From: Camelus ferus
Lineage: Eukaryota
DNA: 64,000 nucleotides
Reading direction: 5' to 3'
Assembly (NCBI RefSeq): GCF_009834535.1
Contig: NC_045727.1
Location: 13,516,001 to 13,580,000, forward strand
The notes below the pieces were generated by a model. The model saw only the letters and a list, made by a program, of their open reading frames with translations, did no database searches and was not told the origin of the DNA. The translations under genes were made by a program, and so were the position numbers. Shown here piece by piece: positions 1 to 8,600 of this stretch (its first letter is position 1; every line of letters begins with the position of its first letter).

Positions 1-99
1 GTTGGGAAAACTGAGGCACAGGGAAGGGTAAAAGACTCCTGCAGGGCCTCAGGGTCAGCTATGTTCCCTTGGGGAAAGACTCCTCTTCCCACTCTCTGT

Positions 100-520
100 T
101 GGTCGGATTGGCCCCTTCTCTGGTACTAAGAGCAGGCACATGACCCAAGCCTGGCCAATCAGGAAAGGGAAACTTGTTCAGGGGTGGGCACCCAATCCAG
201 GATGGACCAATGACAGCTTTCCTTGGGATTTTTGCCGTGACTATTAAGCTTCTTATGGGGTTTGCTAAACTGGTAGGAGGGAAGCTGGGAGCTGCTGGGA
301 GCCACCTCTGCTCCCATAAAAGGAAAGTGAGTGAATCAAACATGGGGTGAGGTGGGGAGAAGGGCAGCAGGATGGGGAGACCCAGACCCCTAATGACATC
401 ATTTGGGAACCTAGATCCAGACATGCCTAAAAGTAGCATAACTCTAAACTTTTCAGTTTCAAGAAACAATTCTTATTTTATTTAACCCAGTTTCAGCTGG
501 GCTTCTGTTGCCAAAACTTC
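100..520 (+). mobile_element. Old MaLR LTR fragment (MLT1-like)
   Basis: Recognised motifs catgacccaagcctggccaatcag, gacatcatttggga.cctagatccag and 3' end cccagtttcagctgggcttctgttgcc; boundaries approximate. Confidence 0.55.
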
Positions 521-827
521 CCCAAATCCACCCCCTCCAGGGTGCACCTGTTCCTTCCTGCCTCTGGTTGTTTTCTAAAACTGGGTTTTCCTTCTGGGAA
601 TGTACTTGTCCTGTACCTCATACTCTCAAGGCACCCCCACCTTTATTGCCAGAGCACCTGCCAGTTCATATATCAAGGGCATAGGCTGTCCTTTCTCCCT
701 CAGGAGCCCCAGGTGCCAGCCCTGCCCCTGCTGCTATTGTTTTGTGAAAAGTGGGTACAGCCCACACCTCTCAAAGCTTATCTCCACCTGTAGGGTGGAT
801 GATCCCGAGGCTGGGAGGGGCACCTAC

Positions 828-1060
828 CTGTCAATGGGGTGGATGATAATGGGGATGACCAGTAGCCCCAGTGCGGTGGTGGTCCACTTGCGGACAGCCA
901 GAGGCCAGCGGGTGGCAGTGCCCAGGACGTAGAGAGAGGCAGCACACACACGGTTGATAGTGAAGCCTGGGATGGCCACAGAGGCCAGAGCCTGCCACAC
1001 GAAGGTGTCCACCACGGCCACGGTCACCCTGGTGCTGCGGCCTGCCTCAGGGCTCGGCAT
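828..1060 (-). CDS. MTFP1: MTFP1 coding exon 3 (233 nt)
   Basis: cag|ATGCCGAGC ... GACAG|gtagg. Confidence 0.95.
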
Positions 1061-2354
1061 CTGGTAAGCACAAGAGACACTTCATCCAGAAGGGGCAGAG
1101 GTGGGAAAGCTTGTGGACAAGAGGCATGAGGCTGGACCAGGGGGAGGGAAGTGAAGGGGGTGGGGACAGAGCCACACTAGTGTTGGGTTCTGGACTTGAC
1201 CAAAGCAGGGCTGAGGGTGGACTCGTTCACAACCAGGACTGGGATAGAAACTATGCCACATGCAGGGCAGGGGGACAGGGTGCACCTTCTACATATGGGA
1301 CTGGGGTATTGGACTGTCCCGCAGGGACTTAACCACAGGCAAGGCTGTGGACTGACCACAGTGGGAGTGAACTGGGGTGGGGGTTGAAGGGCAGGTTAGC
1401 ACTCACATCTCTTGCCTTCTTGCCCTTGTCGATGGCATCGGCCAGCACATAGGAGCTGGACACACCATAGCTCAGCCACACAACAGCTGCTGGTACCAGG
1501 GAGCGGAAGGCCTCCCCTACTTCATTGGCGTAGCCTGGTGGGGAGGGGATGTTTAATTCCCAAGCCCGTGGGTTGTTCCACGAGGGGACACTGGAGGAGC
1601 TGGTTCTTAGCCTGCCAAGCAGTAACTGGGTGACCTTAGACAAGTGATTTTACCCCTCTAAGCCTTTCTCCTGGCCTATAAAATGGCACCCTTGACTGCC
1701 CACCCCGACTCTCCCTGTGTAGGAGAGTTGAGTACCGCCACCTTTCTCATCACTCACTTGCCTTCACAGACTGGGTTCTGGGAGCATCTGAGCTGATGGG
1801 AGAACAGGCAGTGAGAGAGACTCACTAAAGACAGCCCCACTCACCATATGCCTGGCCTCTCTGCGCCTTATCTCATTCTGCCCTCACAACGATCACTCAG
1901 TGAGAGAGACCCTGTGCTTATCCCTTTTTGCTAAGTTGGAAACTGAGGCTCAGACAGAAACAGGGAGAAGCCAAGATGGGAGTCCAGATACCCTGACTCC
2001 ACAACCACTGCCCGGGCATCCAGAGAGGGCAGTCAGCTCACCCTGTTCCTCCCAGCTGGGTTGCAGCTCCCACCTGGGAGATAGACCAGCAGACCCGGAG
2101 GGCAGGGCTGGGTAGAACAGAGCTGTGTGACCTTGAGCAAGTCCAGAGACCTCTCTGAGCCCAGTCTCTGCCCTGGCTGAATGAGAACTAAGATCCTCCC
2201 ACCTTCTCCAGGTTACTGAGCGGCGTTTGGCAACCCCTCCTTCCCGCCACGTGGTGTGGGGTCGCGGTGCCCCTCGCCCGCGCTCACCCAGGTACCGCAC
2301 CCACGTGTCCCGGAAAAGGTCGCGCTCGGCCCCCCGCGGGGGCATCTCGGACAT
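828..2354 (-). CDS. MTFP1: Mitochondrial fission process protein 1 (MTP18), spliced, 3'-partial; exons 2288-2354, 1407-1534, 828-1060; final exon outside window
   Basis: Spliced translation MSEMPPRGAERDLFRDTWVRYLGYANEVGEAFRSLVPAAVVWLSYGVSSSYVLADAIDKGKKARDMPSPEAGRSTRVTVAVVDTFVWQALASVAIPGFTINRVCAASLYVLGTATRWPLAVRKWTTTALGLLVIPIIIHPIDR matches MTFP1; exon sizes 67/128/233 nt, GT-AG junctions in frame; expected neighbour of SEC14L2. Confidence 0.97.
1407..1534 (-). CDS. MTFP1: MTFP1 coding exon 2 (128 nt, phase-1 acceptor)
   Basis: cag|GCTACGCC ... AGAGAT|gtgagt. Confidence 0.95.
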
Positions 2355-2510
2355 GGCGCTTCCGCTTCGGCCTCAGCCACTGCAGCGGGTCCTACAGCCT
2401 CGGCTTCCACCAGCCTTGCGGTCCGTGGCGGCGGGACCGGCCGAAGGTCCGGGACTGAAGGACAGGTCGTGCTGTCCCCGCCAGCAGGGAGCGTCTGCAA
2501 ATTCCCCCGC
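2230..2510 (-). promoter_or_regulatory. MTFP1 CpG island / promoter and first exon
   Basis: CpG-dense segment around the ATG; ETS-like CGGAAG immediately upstream of the start codon. Confidence 0.8.
2288..2354 (-). CDS. MTFP1: MTFP1 coding exon 1 (67 nt)
   Basis: gcgccATG start; CTGG|gtgagc donor. Confidence 0.95.
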
Positions 2511-2604
2511 GCACTGGCACCCCTTTCCCAGGCTTGCGTTTTGCAGATTAATTTTCTTCATGTCTTCTCTGGAATTGAGTGATCCTCTTCCAGCACTGAC
2601 TGTA

Positions 2605-2800
2605 GCGCTGGAGCCAAAGAGACAGAGGTTCAAATACGGGATGCTGCATTTCATAGCTGTGTGACCTCAGGCAAGTCCGTACTTTTCTGAGCCTCTCTTT
2701 ATTCATTTGTTACATGGGGAACAGGGCAGGTTCATTCCTGGGATGGTTTCGCGGATTGATTATACAGTCATCATTTGTTGAGTTTACACTACTGACCAGA
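2605..2800 (+). mobile_element. MIR SINE fragment
   Basis: gaggttcaaat ... agctgtgtgacctcaggcaagt ... tctgagcctc core. Confidence 0.6.
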
Positions 2801-2869
2801 CTGTTAGCCAAGGACTCTAGACGGATCTCTTCTTTAAACCCTCCCACCAGCCTGGGACATCCCCCCACC

Positions 2870-2990
2870 CTGCCCCATTTTATAGATGAGGAATAGAGAC
2901 AGGAAAAATACGTCACTTTCCCAAGTCATACAACTGCTGAGTAGGGAAGCTGGCATTTGATTCCAGGTAGTGCTGCTCCAATTCCCATGC
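2870..2990 (-). mobile_element. MIR SINE fragment
   Basis: ccccattttatagatgagga ... cccaagtcatacaact ... atttga core. Confidence 0.6.
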
Positions 2991-3679
2991 TCTTAAGGTG
3001 AGCTCAGTATATGAGGCTAGGGAAGCAAATGGTGAGCATCCTGGTGAGGTGAATGCTTGGATGCCCCTTCCCGGCAGGTGCCATTGCTCATCTGTCTAGC
3101 ACGGGGGTTTAACTGGACCGAGCCTCTTGAAAAAAGAACTTTGAGTGAATGAATAAATGAATGAGGCTGGGGTACAAAACTTGAGGAAAATGAGCAGAAC
3201 AGAATGAAGAGACTTGGGGTTGATTACTAAAGAGGAAACTCTTCCTCTACTGGACCTCAGTTTACCCACTATAGCTCTGTGAATCCTTTGGGGGTATTAG
3301 CGAGCAAAGGCACGGCCTTTAATGACAGGCAGTCCTAGGTCCAAATCCCAGTTGTGTCGCTTATTAACTGTCGGCCACGTCTGTGAAAAAATTAGAGTAT
3401 CTAATATTTACTTAGCGTATACTTGTATGCTAACTGCTCTGCATGATATTTCTTTGAATCTTTGCAATTACCCAAGGCGGTAAGCACAGGGCTGTTGCGT
3501 GGTACCCAGTACGCGCTCACTAAAGAAATTTATTATCATCAAATAAAGATCATAGGCTCCCTACTGAGGGCCCTTGTTTGCAGCCCTGGGAATCTCTATC
3601 TTTGTAAGAGCCTGTAGTACAGCCAATTCATCGGTAATCTTCCAGGAAGTTGGGCTAGGGGGCCTAGGCGATCCCTAGC

Positions 3680-4030
3680 CCCGGAAACATTGGCAGTGCC
3701 TGCGCGTAATTAGGAGACGGTCCCTAACGCCACGTGATCGCTGCTTCTCTGCCACCCTCTAACTCCAGGCCCACCGCAGGCGCTGCGCGCGCTCGCTAGA
3801 CCCGCGTTTATTAGCGCGCTTTGAGAAGCCCGAGTGGGGCGGGGCTTCCGCCCTAACCGTGAAGGCTGACAGGAACACGCTTTGCCCTTAGCAAAGATGG
3901 CGGAAGACAGTCGACAAGTTACGCCAATCAGGAAGCATGCTGGCGCCGTGAGAAAGCGCACGCGAGTAGCAGGTGGTTTCTGCTCATGCGCCCCGCTTAT
4001 TGGCGGGTAGGCGCTGGGCTCCTGAGGCGA
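3680..4030. promoter_or_regulatory. CpG-rich promoter-like element between SEC14L2 3' end and MTFP1
   Basis: E-box CACGTG 3731-3736, GC box GGGGCGGGGC 3836-3845, YY1 AAGATGGCGG 3894-3903, CCAAT 3924-3928 and ATTGG 3999-4003, NRF1-like GCTCATGCGC 3982-3991. Confidence 0.65.
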
Positions 4031-4106
4031 AAGTTTGGCCGAGTGGAGGACAAGCACGAGCAAGGCGGAAAGCATTGACTTCCACTCCCTGCGCGCTGAT
4101 CGTTGC

Positions 4107-4112
4107 TTTATT
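4107..4112 (-). terminator. SEC14L2: Likely SEC14L2 poly(A) signal (AATAAA)
   Basis: TTTATT on + about 1.4 kb past the inferred stop; flank resembles the human SEC14L2 3'UTR as recalled. Confidence 0.6.
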
Positions 4113-5517
4113 CACTGGTTAATTTTCCTAACAGACCATTGTAAACCGAAGTTAGGATGTCCTCCTGAGGAGTCTGGGAGAGCCCGTGCGGCCTCGTGCC
4201 CTCCTGTCAACGCCAGCCTTGCCCCTGCCCCCGCTCCTTCAGCTTCGCCAGCTCATCTCCCCAGGCTGCGCCAGGGCCTGGTGTTCGTTTGCAGGATGTG
4301 AAATTGGGTTAAGAGCTGATTGCGCACAGGGTCCGTGCCCTCCAGCCCCTGGTCGCTGAGCGCCTCCCCATGGCCATCCCTGCTTGTCACCGTGGACGGA
4401 AGGGCTGGGGGCCTGCGACGCTCTTTGTGGCTGCTCCCAGCCCCTGGTTCTGCCCGTTGCTTGCCTGGTCTTTGGCTTCCTGCCGGGCAGCCTCCCCAGC
4501 AGACACCAGGAACCCACTGCACCCATCATACGCCTCCCAGAGACGGGACTGCTAAGGCCTTGCTCAGGTCAGTCAGGAAGCGGGCTGTTGGCACCGTGGG
4601 AGACTCAGCCTGGGAAACGCCCTCACTGAGATCTACTGTCTTGATCCCCCTTGTCATTTTTGTGTAGGGTGCTGAAGTGGAGAGTTACTTGGTGAGAGGC
4701 AGGCAGTACTGAAAACAGGAGTGGAAGCCTCAGAACTCAGACCCACCCCCAGCCTCCTTGGCCCTTCACAGACCTGGGATCCCAGGAGGTAACTTCCTCG
4801 TGCTTTGTTTGCATTGGAGGACAGTGGCTGGGTACCAAAGTTCACTGCCCCAGGAAGCTCTGAGTCACGGACAATCACTAGTAATTAAAGAGGCAGCCAG
4901 AGAGACCCAGGAGTTGCTGAATTCCTCAAGGTGAGGGAGAGGTCTGCCTGTCTGCCTCTGAAAGGGAAGATCTATGCCAACTTGGGCCACCTCCCGAGAC
5001 CTGGGTAAAGCCAAAAAACCCCAGCCCTGGTAGTAGAAAGTCCAGAAGAGCCTCTGACCCCCACCATCATTAGCAACTGGCCATCTTTCTACTCCTCATT
5101 ATGATCCAGACTTACACGTTTACTAGGGAGCAAGTTCCTCCCCTGCAGCTGGTTTTCCTGAGGTGTTAGGTCTCAGTCTCTCCCCTTTTCCTAATTTCTT
5201 TCCTGCTGCCACCCCATGGTACCCCCTTTCCTGTCTCAACTGTCACTGGATAGGTGAAGTTGGCACAGCTTACAAGATAGACTCTGCCATGATGCCCAGC
5301 CCCTCAGGAATCCTTAGTAATTTGAGAGGTAAGGAGACCCACTCCAGCTACTCTCCCTCTTCCTAATTCTGAAATGAAGGCTCCCCAGATCCAGCCCCGA
5401 GGTCTTTCTTCTAGCCCAGTTTCTCTGGGCGTCAGAGTGCTGGGAAGATGACTGCTACAAGGGGTAGAAACTGACAGGGAGACACCGAGGGAGCCAGGCC
5501 TGCTGTGGGAGAAGGCA

Positions 5518-5665
5518 NNNNNNNNNNNNNNNNNNNNNNNNNNNNNNNNNNNNNNNNNNNNNNNNNNNNNNNNNNNNNNNNNNNNNNNNNNNNNNNNNNN
5601 NNNNNNNNNNNNNNNNNNNNNNNNNNNNNNNNNNNNNNNNNNNNNNNNNNNNNNNNNNNNNNNNN
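5518..5665. other. SEC14L2: Assembly gap (148 N) that should contain the ~131-nt coding part of SEC14L2 exon 12
   Basis: Left flank (- strand tgccttctcccacagcaggcctgg...) resembles the start of the human 3'UTR as recalled; no exon-12 sequence found elsewhere. Confidence 0.8.
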
Positions 5666-8600
5666 AACCCAGATATTCAGGCAGTTCTGACAAAGAACTT
5701 AGAGACAGCGATTTCTGTTGACTGTGCAAGGCAGTGTAGTAGGTAATGAGGATGAAGGTGGCATAAGCAAAGGTCCTTCACCTTCTGACACCTCGTCTAG
5801 CTGGGTTATAAGATGTTCATGGAGAGAAAAAAATATAAGAACATGCCAAGTGCCAGATGAGAGACGGAGAAAGTCATAGCTGTAACAGCTCAGAAGGAGG
5901 AGGCCCTATAGACAGAAATCATGTGAAGAGCTTTTTAAAGGAGTCAGAGCTTGAACCCAGTCTTGAAGGCGGCTGAGTGTTGAATGAGTAACAGCAATAA
6001 TTGTCGTAATAATAATAGTAATGGTAATAATGGCTATTTATGTGTTTCAGCACTGGGCTGGCAATCTATATATGTCACTCACAAGAACTCTTGAGTTCAG
6101 CATTGGTCCTATTTTATATAAAAAGGAAGTCACTGTGTCACACAGTGAGGAAGGATGGAACTGGGATTTCCCTCTGGTCTGCACTGCTGCCTGACTTGGG
6201 CCCTGGAAAGCCCAGCTCTGTTCAGTTTCTGACAAAAGGTAAAATAGGCAAACATTCTGAATCAGGAATTTATCCCACAGAAGGAGAAATGGACAAAGAT
6301 GCTCAATGCAATAATAACAGATGCAGGAAAACTCCAATGTTCAAAGGAGAGTTGCTTTAAAAGTTTTCATTGCAATCCATATGATGAAATAGTATTCTGT
6401 ATCAAAAGAAAGAGGTTAGCTTTATAAGAAGTGCCAGGGCAACTGACAACAATACAGCCTTAGGCCAAAAAAGCAAGTTGCAGAACAATTTGTAAATAGT
6501 TTCTAATTTTTTTAATATATGTAAAAAAAAAATTGGCCTTTTCTACCTACACTGACAAGTTTTACAATTTCAGAATTCCTTCAAATATACACTGAATGAC
6601 AGATATAATTCCTATGAATGTAAATGTGTGTGTACATGTCCTGTATTTTATGGAAACATGTAATGCTTCTAAAGGGACGGCAAATATTTGGTAGGGTAAC
6701 AGACAAGACCTGTTAGTGGTTTCCTCTGGGGAGAGAAAATGGGCATGCAGTTGGTAGAGAAGGCTTCCAAGCCTTGGCCAAGGAACAGACTGCTTTCAAA
6801 CTAACCCTTGTGTTTTTGAGAAGTTGTTCCATGTCAGTCAGACCCCCCTTCAAGAGAACAGAGTGTGAAAATGAAAACAGTAGGCCTGCCCCTTCCCTAT
6901 CCTGGTCTTTTCTCACTTTTCCCAGCCCAAGACCAAAAGCCAAAAACACTGTGTATTTAATCCTAAGACGTAATCCTTCTCCTTTTCTGCCCCTGGATAA
7001 AATGCATAGTTTAGACTGAGAGTAGACACACCACCCACCCTGTCTTCATGGTGTAAAGTGAGGAATAGTCATTGATTTTCTCTCTGTGCCAAGGTCTTTC
7101 AGGGCCAATGGTGCCTCTGGAAAGAGGGAAGCTTCCTGTCTGCCCTGGATGACGGAGCGTTAGCAACCAGTCAGTCCTGCTAGAGGAGAAGTCTGAGCTC
7201 CTTGGGCCAAGCAGCAGGACTGCGATGGCTCTGCCTAGCGGGACAGTCTGTCCTCAGAAACAAGGAAGGGGCTGTTCTGAGGCCCATGCCCGAGGGAAGT
7301 GGCGTTCGTAAACTGTGGGGGTTCGTTCTGACACTAATCATGTACTCAGAGACTCGGGGAGCCCCCAGAGATCCTCCAGGGCTCCTTCACTTTTGTTGGG
7401 GAACTGATCCTCTTGAGAATCTGATGAAAGCATACAATTTCAGATCCCATGGAGCCCACCTTAGACCTTCTGGGGCAGTGGTTCCCGGGGGCAAAGCTAC
7501 CATTCTGAAGAGACAGGTGCTGGTGTAACTCTGCCTTCTCATTTATGTCTTGAGAAAATACATATATATATTCTAAATTAGCTTCCTTTTATTTCTCATT
7601 TATATTCCAAGTAGGAGAGTATACTGACTTCTTAGTTATGTATGTAGGTGGGTTTTAATACCTGTGAATTTCATTTCAGAATAGTAGAGACATGAGACAC
7701 TATTTACTATAAAAGGGAGGTGTTTGGTCTTTAAGATTTAGTTATCACTGCTCTGGAGAGTCACAAACCCCAGATTAACATCTCCTGCTCTAGCTCACTC
7801 CCCTCGTTTTAAGGAAAAAGAGAGCAAAATCTAATTATGTGGAGATACTTGTTCACTCGTAGAGTTACTGGCAAAGCTAGACTCAGAAACCAGGTCTCCC
7901 AGGGCCCAGCTGGGCTGTTCAACCTTCACACAGCGCTTCAGCTCCGCTAGACCACACTGTGTGCTCTTGGCAGACAAATTCTTGGCAGACAAAGTCCAGA
8001 TCTCTTTTTCTGAATCTTTTTCTTTCCTAGCAGGGTATTCTACACTTAGGATCTCAGGAAATATTAGTTGGGAGAAGAAAAAGTGAAATCACTTCAAACT
8101 TTGGTTCTCCTCCTCAGTAACTGGGTGTGGTTGGGCCAGGACCAGAGCGGCCCTGGAGGGTTAAGGCAATCTTGCCACTGGAGACTGGTGCAGAGTTTTA
8201 ATGTCTCCACTGGGTGATTATGTTCCACTTTACAGGGGGGCGCCTCATTCAAGGGCATCACCGCCCCCACCCCCCACAAGTGAGCTTGTAACCTAACTCT
8301 GGGTGCTTACTGGGCTCAGGTCTAACCTGAGTCATGGCCCAGAGGACTGCCGATCCCACCTCTGTCTTTACACCTGGGGAGGGGACATGGATGCTGGGGT
8401 CTGCCTATGCTCTTCCCAAGAATGGACAATAAGCAGCTCCCAGGCGAGGCCCCACAGGCAGTTACACATTCCATTTGGGAATGTATCCAAGAGGAACTAA
8501 AATTTGGTATTTGCAAACATAAGTCTGATTATGCTAAAAGGTTCACGGTCCTACATGGTACTACAGAGAGGTAGCAGGCAGTGCTGGAAAATGGGTTGGA

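Noticed and set aside
1-827. Search for MTFP1 final exon (SVDFLLDSSLRKLY-like)
   Set aside because: Not found on either strand; most likely left of the window, so not evidence of loss
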